A DNA stretch of 63,449 bases, counting the filler. It is 8 parts of 8 records of this genome, joined end to end, with 100 filler letters (N's around TTAATTAATTAA, not from the genome) between each part and the next. Parts side by side here need not be neighbours in the genome. Positions count along the whole stretch, not along the records: positions 39,018 to 49,425 come from SRR7504441_5473; positions 49,526 to 59,714 come from SRR7504441_5475; 6 more parts are not named here. One strand, given 5' to 3'. Below are positions 45,334 to 58,200 of the stretch, in pieces; position 1 is the first letter of the stretch, and every line of letters begins with the position of its first letter. The notes under the pieces are model-generated. The model was not told the origin of the DNA. It worked only from the letters and a program-made list of their open reading frames with translations, and did no database searches. The position numbers and the translations under genes are program-made.

Positions 45334-46365
45334 TCACTTGGCTTCAGGCTCGGCTTTAGACTCAGCTTCAGCGGCCGTTACGAGTTCTTCCTCGTTTTGT
45401 TGAGCGACACTAGGTAGGAAGACAATCTCGTGGAATTTTCCTTGCGGTATCAGCTTACCAACGTAAGCATCTTCGTAATACACCTTCATGTCGGCCGGGT
45501 CAGCCTTGTAGACCTTGCCGTTGAGCTGGAAATCCATTCTATACCTTCCGCAGTTCCAATCGCCTTTGAATTTTGCCCCTCCTTTCCAGACCTGCAGGCC
45601 GACCCCGTGCAGCTCGCCGGCTGCCCACTCTCCATCGTATGCACTGCCGTCGGACCACTTGGCGATGCCCTCGCCCTGCCGCTGGTGGTTGAGCCAAGCA
45701 CCTTCATACCTGCCTCCAACCTCGCCGCCCTCCCACTCTCGGACCCCCTGGCCCTGGACCACGCCGCGCTCCCACTCTCCCTTGTAGTTGCCGCCGCCGC
45801 CCGCCCAGTCAAACTCGCCGCTCCCGTGGATGACTCCTTGCTCCCACTGGCCCCGGTACGACCAGCGGAGATCGGACACCGCCCACTCGGCGTCCCCCTG
45901 CCCGAAGATCTGGCCGTCTCGCCACTCCCCGTCGTACGTCTGGCCATTCGCCCAGGTGTGCTTGCCCCGGCCGTGCCGCTGGCCCTGCTGCCACTCTCCG
46001 GAGTAGGTGCTCCCGTCGGGCCAGGTCCGTAGCCCTTGGCCGTGCACTGTCCCGTGCACCCACTGGCCGTTATACTGCGACCCGTCGGCCCACCGCCGGA
46101 GCCCCTGGCCATGCATTTGGGTTTTGTCCCACTGTCCGTCATATGCGCCGTCCCTGGGCCAGGTGAACACCCCTTCCCCGTGGATCTGACCCCGGTGCCA
46201 CTGCCCGTTGTACTGCGAGCCGTCGGGGAAGCGCATCAGCCCCTTGCCGTGCACCATCCGGGGGCGGTCACGCCAGCTACCCGAGTACGAGTGCCCGTCG
46301 TCCCACTCATAATCCTCGTCCACCAGGTGCTCGTCAGAGGACGGGCTCCCTGCAGTGAGCACCAT
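45334..46365 (-). CDS. MORN-repeat protein
   Basis: About ten YxGxW...HGxG MORN repeats. Confidence 0.9.
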   Translation of the reverse strand: MVLTAGSPSSDEHLVDEDYEWDDGHSYSGSWRDRPRMVHGKGLMRFPDGSQYNGQWHRGQIHGEGVFTWPRDGAYDGQWDKTQMHGQGLRRWADGSQYNGQWVHGTVHGQGLRTWPDGSTYSGEWQQGQRHGRGKHTWANGQTYDGEWRDGQIFGQGDAEWAVSDLRWSYRGQWEQGVIHGSGEFDWAGGGGNYKGEWERGVVQGQGVREWEGGEVGGRYEGAWLNHQRQGEGIAKWSDGSAYDGEWAAGELHGVGLQVWKGGAKFKGDWNCGRYRMDFQLNGKVYKADPADMKVYYEDAYVGKLIPQGKFHEIVFLPSVAQQNEEELVTAAEAESKAEPEAK

Positions 46366-46393
46366 GATGTTCGTACAATGTAAAATGCAAGGC

Positions 46394-46401
46394 CGCCGTT
46401 G
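46394..46401 (+). promoter_or_regulatory. Myb-like promoter element CGCCGTTG
   Basis: Between divergent ATGs 46365 and 46458. Confidence 0.55.
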
Positions 46402-46457
46402 GAACTCAACTGATTGCCAAGGGAAGGGGAGCGGTGTAGCCGTCTCCCTGACGCGGC

Positions 46458-48385
46458 ATGCCCGGGGAGGTTGACGTGCTGCACCTGTTGGTCCAAGAGC
46501 AGCAGGACGTGAAGCGCGAGATCAAGCAGTGGGTCGCGGGCTTCAAGAAGCAAAACGATGGCCGCGCGCCAGAGGACAAGGACAAGGAGGCGGTGTGCCG
46601 CGCGCTGGTGTGATGCCTGAGCTTCTGCAGGTGCGCGAGCTCTACCAGCGTTACTTTGACATCGAAAAAGCTATAAAGGAGCTGGGCGATCCGGCCGCGC
46701 CCGACCTGGTCGAGGCGGAGCAGAACATCCAGCGGCTTGAGGGCGAGCTCCAGGATCTGCAGAAGAGCAAGGCCGAGGCAGATGAGCGCGCCGCGGCGAG
46801 CCAGGCCGATGCAGCGCTGCTGCTCGGACTGACCAAGCAGCTTTGTCAGCAGCGCGGGGCGGCCCAAGCCCAACTGGCGAGTGCGGAACTGAAGGCAGTC
46901 GAAGCTGAGGCGCGGCTGGCCGAACTAGAGAAGCAGCTGAGTGCACAGGCCGAGCAACTTGAGACAGAGCGCGCGAGAGCAACTAAGCAGGCGGAGGAGG
47001 TTTTGGAGCTTACGGACCGGCTCCAGGTGCAGGAGACGGAATTCAATACACGGGAGGCCGCGCTCGAGGCAACAATTGCGCAACAGGGCGACAACCTGGA
47101 AGTGACGCGTGCCGATATGGAAGAGCGAGGTGACAAGATTGCGGAACTGGAGGTGCAGTGCACAGAGTTGCAGTCTCTGCCGCCCGATGTTATTCAGCAG
47201 CAAATGCAGCAGTTGAAGGCTGAGATCAACACTGCGGGCCTGGAGTGCGAGAGACACAAGGCCAATGCCTCTAGGGAAGCGTGGGAACGGACTCAAGAGA
47301 GGTGTGCATGCCTGGCTGTGCGGCGGGCAATTAATGTGTCACTTGTGTGCAGGTTGCAGGCACAGGCAAGAGAGAATCAATTAGGCCAACTCTTGGCTGA
47401 GGCACAGGACATGCTCACTAGACGAGGAGGTAATGACACCTGACCACACCTGGACACTTCATTCTCTTTCCCAGGTGAACAGCTGGAAACTACACTGGTC
47501 AAGGCTTTTGAAGAGACTCAAGCGTCCCTTAAGCATGATAAGGCATGCGCCATGATGGCCTGACGATCTCAGATGTGCACAGGTGCTCTTGCAGGCTGCG
47601 TTGAACGATGCGGAATCGTGCGCCGAACGCATCCGAACTGAAGCGCAGGAGCTCATTTCAGGATACCAACAATATGCTGGGACGCTTGAGAATGCACTGG
47701 CTCAAGCTACTGCGAAGCTTAGCAATCCGGCAACCGACCGGCCGCCACCCGAGTGAACCCTTGGCATCCCAATGGTCGTAACCGCGGGGGTCCTGCAGCT
47801 TAGAAAGATTGGCGGTGGATCAGAGCGAGTGGCCGATCCAGTGTATCCAAATGATCAAGAAGGTAGCACTATCTGAACACCATGGCACACCAGCTGAATG
47901 CGCGGCAGGTGGAGCAGGCAGCCATGCAAGTGTATGCACCAGCTGAGGCTATGAACGCCTCTGCGCGGTACATTGCATCCTTGTCTGGGATGACCAGTTT
48001 TCACAGGATTATTGAACGCGAGTCAGGAGGCAAAATTTCAGCTTTCCTGGGGCAGCGACAAATGTTGCAATCGGAATTGAGTCAACTTGAGGACTCCATG
48101 TTAGATCTCGAAGCGTCACTGGAAGAGGCATACTGTCAAGGATGGGCACTTGGGGATCCCAAAACACCCGACGAGCTCCCAGGCGCAAGCAAGATTACTG
48201 GTAATAGTGGACGAGAAGGCGCTGGCTTGAGCGATGTCGAGTTGGATGACTACATAAACGAATTTACACCGGCTGTGAAGGCACTGGATCCGGAAGTGAT
48301 CGCGCAAGGTGAGCGGGACGAGCTGGATTGGACCACCGACCTAGGAGCGAACACGGTCATTACTGGGATCGTCTTGGATGATTAA
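46458..48385 (+). CDS. coiled-coil protein with an N-terminal Sld2/RECQL4-N/FAM13-like helical motif
   Basis: VKREIKQWVAGFKKQNDGRAPEDKDKEA|VRELYQRY then a long heptad-rich region; several short introns; joining of the last exon is inferred. Confidence 0.6.
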
Positions 48386-48760
48386 GCGAATGGTGCTGCC
48401 GTTGGTCTCATACATGTCGAGACACTACTCACAAGAAGTTTCGACATGCATTAGACTGTATTGTACCAGTACATGATGCATTTGGCATGATTTTCAGTAA
48501 CAGAATAATCGGAAACATCATTCATTTGCCTAATTGACCATGGCTTCTCTTGCTGGCCATCATTGATCATATTGTATAAAAAATATTGTATATACTCGTA
48601 CGTACGAACTTTTACTTGGTACAAGAGGCCACGGGGGTCAATCGGAGATGGTCGAGTCCGAGTGCCAAAATAAGCAATATCATAATTACCGGTAACTTAC
48701 CGGTACGAGTATATACATGCTTTTTAATTTATTGTCGATTCTATATCGATTCATTTCTTG

Positions 48761-49425
48761 CTAATTTCTTGACTGGTACAACGACTTTCCGGATTCTGCT
48801 TCCAACTGCTTTTCAAACGCCAAAAGTTGATTGATGAAACCACCATTTGGGCGTGTGTCTCGACGCCGGCTCACACAAAGAGTAATGGCTTCACGGAATG
48901 AAAGATTCACATAGCGCATGAGGTATGCAACCACAATTGTTGCACTGCGTGAGCGGCCAAACTTGCAGTGAACCAGAACAGAGCCTGCGAATCCCGAAAC
49001 AATCATCAGATGACTAAACTTTGGGACAGTACAGATACTAGGCTCAGAAAGTAAATGCCGTTGGGGAGATAGTGGGAAGTGGGGAGATGTCAGAACAAGT
49101 GGGAGGGTACCGCCCGCTCGAAGTTCAGCTCGAAGAAATCTGAAGCACTCTTCAAATAGTTCAGAAATGTCTTCCTCTGGATGATCCCTGATATGTAACA
49201 CCTGATATCTGATGTACTGGCTGAATCTCGGGTTCTCGCGGCGGCTAATGTCAATAATTGCTGTCACTCCAGCATCTCGTAGGGCATCACAGTCCGCGGC
49301 TGCCTGCATCGAGCCCAAGTATATTCCTTTCCAAATCTCGTCGGCACCTGGCAGCGGGAGATTGGTCAATGGCTCATCCCATGGGTCCCATTCAGGCTGC
49401 ACCGCCTCCCGCTCCAGCTGCCGCT
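48761..49425 (-). CDS. dual-specificity protein phosphatase, 5' partial
   Basis: GIYLGS, IRDHPEEDI, VLVHCKFGRSRSATIVVAYLM (CX5R), RPNGGFINQL; probable in-frame intron. Confidence 0.9.
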
Positions 49426-49525
49426 NNNNNNNNNNNNNNNNNNNNNNNNNNNNNNNNNNNNNNNNNNNNTTAATTAATTAANNNNNNNNNNNNNNNNNNN
49501 NNNNNNNNNNNNNNNNNNNNNNNNN

Positions 49526-52500
49526 GTCTTCATTATGCTCGTCCTCTTCGTCCTCCTCTTCCTCTGGATCCTCATATGTGACATCTGCTCGCCACGACCT
49601 GAACTCCTCGCTGTCTTTCATCAACTCGCCTACCAACTCAACCAGCAACCCAAGCCTTTTATGAAGTCTTTCCACGTCATGCCGATGCTCGAATCTAGGC
49701 GCTCCAGGAGTGGTCGTCACCATCTTGTACGCGGCTCTGTGCACTTGCCAATCCCAGTCAATTTTGATGACGTCTCCACTGTCTAACCTGTCGAGCTTTT
49801 GCATCTCAGTAGCCAGCTTCGCTCGTGCTGCCTTTGCCTCCCGCCAAATGTCGCCAATGCAGCAGGCAATTTCCTGGGCTGCCTCAGATAGGGTCGCTTT
49901 CGAATCTTCTAACGAGCACTCGAGCGTGTCTCTGGCCAAAGATTCAAGCCCTAGCGCTTGTAGCAGCTCCAGAACTCGGAGGTGTGCATTCATCAATTGC
50001 GGATTGTTCCGAGCCTCGGCAGCGAGTGCAGCTGAAAAGCTCCTCGCGCTCTCCTTAAGAGCGGCCTCTAAAGTTTGCTGTTCCTCCTGCACAAACGTGA
50101 GATGCTTTGTGTGCAGCGCGATGGTTGACACCTGTATCCACTCCCACTGGGTCTCGTGGACGTGGGCAGTGTGTCGGCTCCAACCAGAAAATGTGTCTCT
50201 AGGATACCATGTCACTGACCGCACAGGCCTAAATCCTGATACCCCTGGACCTGTGATTCCAGAGGTCAGTCAGCGGAGTAAACAGCATCACCTGTGGCGT
50301 GAAGTGCCGCTGTGAGCAGCTCTAGGATGTGTGGATTCCAGATGTACCGCAACGAGATCACAGCAGATGCCACGCCCAACTTAAAGCACCACGGGAGCCC
50401 TCTATGTGTCTCTGGCGTCCACGGGCTTTTGATAGAATCCAATACCGTGATAAAGTGCTTTCTTGCCGTACTAATATGTGCAAGGAGCCTCTTGTTATCT
50501 GTGGGAGAAGTGGATTGGACCTCATGGTCTGCTTCGCTGACACGGGCACCGCCCTCTTGGACAAACAAGAGCGCAGCCCCTAGATCCTTGTCCTGGATGG
50601 CATGAAGTAGTGGCGGTATGTTGCAGATGCTGCCATTCTCACCTCTCCATTCACGCCCTAAGGAAACAGGGCAGCGCGGGTGATTAAGCAACAGGCCAAA
50701 AACAGTCTTGCGCGCTGCAGCCGCCACTTGTTTGGGATGCAAGGTGTTAGCACGTTCTAACGTCCACCCGGGGAGAGAAGGGTCAGCCAGCTCCGTGTAA
50801 GTTGCAGCCATCTCATAAAGAGAATCGTAAATGATCAATCCAGAAAGACAACTGTGTCGCTCAAAGCTGCCATGCCACCCATAGGAGTGTGATCCCTGCC
50901 ATTACACCAGCCTCAGGTCGAGTGGGTAGTGATAATGCCTTACAATGACAGGATCAACGTCGGAGTGGGCTAGCAACAGTTTTATGCTCTCAATTGCTTC
51001 ATCAAGTGCCACAATTGCTTGCTGACGATGTGCTACTGCCACTTGCTTCACGGTAGCATAGCTCACAGCAGGAACTCCATATAGCACCTTGGCATAACAG
51101 TGTGATTCAAATGTTTGCTATTCTCAGCAGGCGACTCACCCCGTCGATGACAATAGCCTCCAGATCTGTGTACTCGAATGTCTGGATGTCAATCCAACCT
51201 CTCTCCGGGTGCTTGTCGCAGACTTCCTCGAGCCAACTCAGCTTCTGATATCCTGAGGACTGCATCATCTGCATGACAAACTCAGCTTCCTCGTCGAAGC
51301 GATGCATCGACTCCACATTCATCGTCCTCAGCATCTCATTGAAGCAACGTATTGCCTTGTACAGTGGGGATTCTGTGGTATCATCTGCCCTGCCATTTAC
51401 GAAGTTTGCTGCTGCTGTCGATGCTTGTGGAAGGTATTCCAAACACGCTCGTATCCCCTCAGGGTCCGCCATGGCTCCTGCTCGTTCGAGTGGACTCATG
51501 CCCTGCAGACACGACGAGTTATTGCAATTGCTTCATAGGGCTGCGCACCTCCAGCTTGAGCAATGACTCGTCTATTTTATAATTCCACGCTGCTAGTGTC
51601 GTTGAGATGGCGAGGCGCTGAGCGAGTAGGCAAAGCACACGGCGCTGCTCTTGGATGATCTCATAAGCTGCATCCTCTCGTTCCGTTGGCATCCCAGCCC
51701 CTCCAGTTCCATTGGCAGCTACAGGCAAGTCGCTTCGAAACCTAAAGGCCACCCGACTTAGTTGTTTTTGCACATGCTTAGCTCACATACCTCGCTGTCC
51801 ACCTTGTCGCTTGGTCGATCATTTCTAGTGCAGTTTTGCCATTTGAATCCTCGAGTGACCAATTAGCCTTCGCCTGGCGAGCACTGACTTAATTGTTGCA
51901 GAGGGCAATACTGTTGCCTTTAGTAAGAGGTGAACCATCCCTGCATCCCCCTTTGCCGCTGCGAGATGTAGTGGGGTTTGTGATCGATGGTTCCTGTCAC
52001 CCAGCCAAGTTGTCATGAGAGATGCACCACGGCAAGACCGGCAATCTATTGTATCGCTTTGCGTGGGTAGCAAGTGTTGGATTGCTTGAACTAGTTCACG
52101 GGGCGCTTGCTCGCGACCCACAGCCATCCTGCCATCCTGTATAGCCACTCTCGGAACGAATGCTGAACCGTCGTTCTTAACTGCCACAACCAAAATGAAC
52201 ACCAGGCTGAACGGCCAGCCAACAACTGGTGGCACCTGCAAGTGGCAAGAACAGAGCTTCTGGAGCACATCGCTCAAGCACAGATTGGGTGACCCGCTTG
52301 TTGAAATCGTGAAGCGCCTCCAGGTCTTGGCTTATCTCGTCGTACACTTGCTCGAACTCGCCCTGTCCCGCCAGCAGCTCCTTCATTGCCTCATAGGCCA
52401 GATCGTCTGCTTGATTCTCGGAATCCCCACGGCAAAACCGCCGGATCAGCTACCCCCCGCAGATCATTGGCCACTGCACCTGGTTGCACTACCTCGGCAG

Positions 52501-53545
52501 TGCTCCTGGCCAGGCCTAGCTGGTCACAGGGCCGCTCTTCGCTGCTGCCCTCGTCCGATTCTTGCATATCGGTGGGCAGCTTGAGCAGAGCATGGCGGTA
52601 CCAATCATATTCACGCCTGAGCCACCGTAGTTGGCCAGAGCGGCTCACATCCGGCCACCTTGGGTCATGCTTACAGAGCAGCAGGTCTGACTGGCATAAT
52701 ATGTCGACGACAGTTACAGAGCCGCCCTTTACAGCACTATGAAGAGCGGTCTCCCCTGCCACCCAGCATACGCCAATATTCGAGAGGGCGATAACCTTGA
52801 TTATCTTGTACTTGCATGAGAAGGTTTATGTCTCCAAGTTCTCCAGATAAGTTTGACTTATATTTCTCAGCCGGTCCTGACATCACCGAATGAGCCACTT
52901 GTGCACTGCACCAGCCACCTTGCTTTGACCCTGGCCACCGCAGCGCTGAGTGTGCCAGCGCGGCCTGTGTAAATGGCTCCAGTGCCTCCGCGCGCACTCC
53001 GCCGCACACCAGACACCCAGTACTGCGGACGTCTCCCAAGCTTGCGGCCAGGTGAAGCGCGGTGGCTCCGGTGCTGGTGGTGCAGAGCAGCAGGGCAGGC
53101 AGCTTGGGTGAGTCGGCGCGCCGCCCGAGCCTGACGGGCCATCAGAGCTCGGGGTCGGGGGCTGGCAGGCCTGCTGGGGTGGATCGCCTTGCACAGCAGA
53201 TTGAGGGCAGCATGCTGGCAGTCGAGCACGGCCTGGTGCAGCACTGTGCACCGCTGCTCACCGCGCCTAGCCACCACCAGCGCCTCCTCGAAGGCCAGGC
53301 TCATGAGCTGGCACCCAAACGTGAGGCAGACAGCGAGCTAGCGACCGCACCGGCTCGCTCGGATCGGGCCGCTCGTCGCTGCTGCTCTCGTCATCGGACG
53401 GATGCTGCTCCTCGTCCACCGGCTCGAAGCGCACGAGCGGCTGCTTCAGGAGCTCCAACAACAGCGGCAGGTCGTTCGCCCGCGTCGCCTCCCAGAACCG
53501 TTCGACCAGAGGCGACAGCCCAGGCGGGAGTGCCGCCGTTTGCAT
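49526..53545 (-). CDS. large ankyrin-repeat-containing protein, multi-exon, 3' partial
   Basis: TVLHQAV, ETALHSAVKGG, QTPLHLAAAKGD, ESPLYKAI, PPLLHAI and WTPETH in successive minus-strand ORFs; exon joins only partly reconstructed. Confidence 0.6.
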
Positions 53546-53559
53546 CGATCTCGGGCCGC

Positions 53560-53567
53560 TGCCGTTG
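53560..53567 (+). promoter_or_regulatory. Myb-like promoter element TGCCGTTG
   Basis: Between divergent ATGs 53545 and 53613. Confidence 0.55.
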
Positions 53568-53612
53568 AAAGACAAAGTCCGCTCGGCTGCCTGTCGGCAA
53601 CTCGAGGCGCAG

Positions 53613-55086
53613 ATGGCCAAGAAGAAGTCCAAGAAGGAGCTGGCCGCTGAGAAGCGCAAGGCCAAGGAGGCCCAGCAGCAGCAGGCCGCAGCCACTGCCA
53701 GCTGCCCGGCGCTGGGCGACTCCCGAGTGCTCGCCCAGGGTCCGCGGGCTGTCCACGGGCTCTGCGCGTCGGCCTACCACTGCGCAGGGGTGGCCATCCC
53801 TAGCGGTAAGAGCCAGGAGCGGGCCGGCTGGCTGCGCTGCTGGCACCTGCACCACCACGGCCGCGCGGTGGCCTGCGTGGGCGCCAAGTCGTCGGTTAGC
53901 CTCCCTGGGCACTCGGGGCAGTCGGTCAGCTTCGCGCCCGACGGCCAGATCCTAGCGGCGGCAGACCGGGCGATGGTAAATGTTTACGACGCGATGGAGC
54001 TCCACGGGCCTGAGATGACCGGGATGGCCGGGGAGGGCACCTGGCGCCGTATCGCTCAGCTGGATCACGGGGTAGTGGCCGACGATGTGCTGGTCCGTGC
54101 GGTGGTCTTCGATCGATCGTCTGGGGTGCTGGCGGCCGGGATGGAGGACGGCACGGTGGTTTTGTGGCCAGTCCGCGAGTGCTCCGGCCGTGCCGAGTTG
54201 AGCTGCTCGCTCGCTACGCTCGGGCAGCCTAGCGAGACAGGTGCTGTCTATGCATTGGCTTTCACCTCTGACGGGCTGCTGGCTGCGGGTGGCGCCGACG
54301 GCCTGCTACGGGTGTGGGCTGGCGACGGAGCTGCTTGGCGGTGCGCAATGGAGCTGGCTGGCCACACCGACGCGATTCGGGCGCTGTGCTCAGCAGCCGA
54401 TGGATTGGTGGGTTCTGCGTCTCGGGACGGTACAGCGAGGGTGTGGCAAGTCTCGCCAGATGTCGGCCGCGAGCTGCGCTGCCTGCAGGGGCACTCGGAC
54501 AGAGTGAACGACTGCTGCTTGAGCAGTAGCGGAAGGACGCTGGTGAGCGCGTCCAAGGACAAGAGCTTGCTAGTCTGGGACGTGGTCTCAGGCCGCTGCT
54601 TGGCCTCGCTTGTCGGCCACACGTTAGTCAATCAAGCTGTGGGAGGGCACTGACACTTGGGGGGCAGCGCCGCAGTGAACGCCGTATGCATCAGTCCCGG
54701 CTCTGGCTATTTGTTCTCTGCCGGTGACGACATGGAGATCCGGTCGTGGGACCTGACTGTGCCTGAATTGATTGCACTGATACTAACCCGGTCGGCAGGT
54801 GCGATGGCTACCGAGCATGCCATGGCGGATGGAGCGGGTAGTCTGGTTGGGCCAGAAGTCCGCGTTAGGGTTTGGGCGGCTGGAGCCTGGGTTGGTGCTG
54901 CAAGTGCTGCGCTGGGTGACGGCCGACGGCGATGCGCCTGAGCAGCATCCGGCGAGTGCAGCGATTGATGGAGGGCCGCGCCAACGGATGCACGAGGTGA
55001 GCGTCGGGCAGGCCACTGGGCAGCTGGCAGCGCATTCGCTTGCCGATCAGGAAGCGATCGCATCGTACAAGGAAAACACGGGCTGA
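53613..55086 (+). CDS. WD40-repeat protein
   Basis: GHTDAIRAL..SASRDGTARVW, GHSDRVND..SASKDKSLLVWD, SAGDDMEIRSWD; basic N-terminus. Confidence 0.88.
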
Positions 55087-55269
55087 CCGGCATACAGGCA
55101 CGTGCTTTTACGCTCAAATAACAATTAATTAACATGCACGCCAATATTTAATTGTCGATTTGTAAACATACATGTACGGGAAGTGTACATACACCGAAGC
55201 ATGTTGAATAAAAAGGGCGGATTATAAGATTCTATACAGATTCTTCTACGAGTATGTACACAATCATGT

Positions 55270-58200
55270 TTAAATTTGAATATCGTTGTATCGCTGTTGT
55301 TTCACCTTGCCGATCGGGTTTAAAGCCACACTTGTTGTTTCACCTCGCCGATCGGGTTTAAAGCCACACTTGTTCCAGATGGCAACACAGGGCTCCGCCT
55401 GTTTATCCTCGCCTGTTTGTCCTCGAATGTCTCATGATATCGATCATCCGCCTGTTTATCCTCGAATGTCACTTCTATCCCGGGGCCATGCATTAGCGTA
55501 AAGTCTTTGGTATCTACAAATTCATCGCTTTTCTGGCGGCTGACCATGGCCGGATTTTCGTATCCAGGAGCGACGGTAGTGCTGCTGCGTACTACAAATA
55601 ACAAGTCTTTAGCTGATAGCGTTAAATCTTGTCCGGGGCAGACAATTGCACACGCCCCAAGGTAGTCCCCATTATCAGCAAGGTCGTCATGGCGGTAAAC
55701 CCCGATACAAAGCAATTCGCTGCACTCGAGGAAGCCTCTGACTGCCATTGCAAAGGTACGGCCCACCTGTTCCACACAAACACCGTCATCGCAATTTACT
55801 CAGGTCGCCACTCACCAGACTGGCAGGCACAGGTATTCTAGATATTTTCCCCGGATCATAGCACAGACACTCCAGAAATCGCATTAGCGAATTGTTGTAG
55901 TAGACCTGCACATGTCTTGCCATCATGTTTGATCATGCAAACGCTCTTGCCTGGCAAACGAGAGTATCGAGGAAGGAACCTGGGTAGACACCACCACTCG
56001 TATAGTGCGGAGAAATCTGTGCCCGCCAATGCTTAAAACAAGGCTGTGCCTTGGGACGTACGAAGTACGGGCACCACTCCCCAAAGTCGGCCGACATAGG
56101 AGTGAGCAATGCACAATTGCTTGGCATATCAAGTTCGCTTAGCTGCCGGATTCTGGTTAGTCTGAGTAGCTAAGTGTCACACCACAAATGGCGCTTTCCC
56201 ATACTCTTGCAGAGCTGCCTCTCGAGCCATGGAGACTATTATGGCAGAAGCATCCCTGCTCGACTCAGTCTCGGAGCCGTTCTCGCTGTCTTGTGACAAC
56301 ACCACTACCTTTGATGCCCGGCTGAAGCTCGTCTTTTCGAGATCATCGTGGTTGTCGCACGAACCGGGTATGATCTGCAGATTTGCTCACCGGGAGGGCG
56401 TTGAGCTTGCCACCTCCAGACAGGGCATCTGCTCAGCTCTTTTGAGATCCACCTCCGCCATACGGTTAGAGAGTATCTGCATGCACCTCAGATGAAACGT
56501 CTTCGGGTCATACCTCGGTTTGCCAGGCACTCAGCCGACCATCAATGCTCCTAATCAGTTCGATCAGCGACAGAGCCGCAGCTAATGGTCCTGGATCAGC
56601 GTTAGTTGCGGGTCGGTGGTGCCCCTCACCGCACACCAGGAAAGGCCCTTCTGGCACGGCATCCAGGCATTCAATAGAGGCCTCAACTTCGGCCCTGTAA
56701 ACAAAAGCAGCATGACTGGTGCCGTATGGGATGCTGTCACCTGAGCTGTGGAGGCGGAATCAGCTGCGGAGAACGAGACTGAGGAGAACGAGGAGAACGA
56801 GGCTCGTTGTTGTTGTTGTTGTTTGGGCCGTGTTTGAGGTATTCGATGAGCTTCATAGCAAAAGAACGCTGCGATTCCTCTCCCTCATTGGCCTTCTCCT
56901 CCTGTCCGTGGCTGTCCTCTTCTGGCATACCATTACAGATCCATTCTTCAATCTCTTTGGCATCGTCGCCATCCTCAGCAAGCACCAGGGCAGAGAACGC
57001 CTGACCTCCCAGCACCATATTTGCTGGATTCAACAACAGTTTGCTTCCATTAGGACTGGGGTTCAGCTTCCATGTCAATCCCCAATGGTGGGGTGTATGG
57101 GGTTCATTTTGCGCGCCAGGATTCGCCTCCTCTTGATCCGAGGCAGGCACTAGCTCGATCCCGATTAGCATCGCACCGAACTTGGAGTACACAGCCACAC
57201 ATAACTCGCTAAATAGTTGGGTGGGTGTGTCCTCTGTAAGATTAAGTCTATACACCTACACAGGCGCTCGCAAGGCATCTCAAGCAAAGGCACCTCGTTG
57301 CCCATCCCATCCAGAAACGCCTCCAAAGACGCTCCGGATTGCCCCCCGAGCGTACCTAGCATCTCAGCATCTCCCTGCCCAGGCATGACAATGGGCGATG
57401 TGGCAAGCCCACCGCTCCGCCGAACGAAGTCACGAGGTTCCCAATCAACGGTATCAGGCCTGGGGTAATCACCCCTTGGGCGAGCAGCGCAGTTTTGATC
57501 CCTGTCATTGACATAATGCTCCAGCTGTTGAACGCAAAGTAGGGTGCAAGCCGTTTTTGCGTACCAACCAAGACTACCTAGCCCCCACTTTGTGATGCAA
57601 TGTCCAGCGCCGGGTCAAACCTGCATCTGGACTTCGGGCAGAGTCTCCTCCCGGCACTCGTCCATCAGATACCGCATGACAGACACCAGCGTGACAGTGT
57701 TGCGAGCGTCCTCGTTTACAGGGTCGACGGCCCTATCGTTCGCAAGGATGAAAACCTGCAACACCAGTCATATTACCAGCCATATTGCAAACGATCCAAC
57801 GCAGAGGGGGCACCGCGGAGGCCTTGTGCACAGCCGCACGTGTGAGAGCCGTGGAGTCTTCCGAGACACATCCTCGGAACAGCCGTGCTCTGTCCTTCAT
57901 AAGCGGGTCTGCAAAGAAATCCTCGAGAGCTGCTGACGGGTAGTCTTTAGAAAAGAAGACCAACTGCGGCGGGCTTTCATCGGCCGAAAAGTGCTCGACG
58001 TGCATGAACTCCTTTACAAAAGCCACAATCATGTCCACATTACCCTCGGCCCAGTAGACAACAACGAACGGTTGTCGTCTGGAGGGAATATACGAGTCCA
58101 TGTATTCGTTCCTTACATCGAAGAGCTTTCCTAATTTGTTCACCTGGGTGGGCACCACCACCAGGCCCATGGCAATCACTCCGATCATCACGTACCTGCC

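Noticed and set aside
55295-55470. 38-39 bp repeats as a CRISPR array
   Set aside because: Only two adjacent copies, no unique spacers, no cas genes, and inside a eukaryotic CDS
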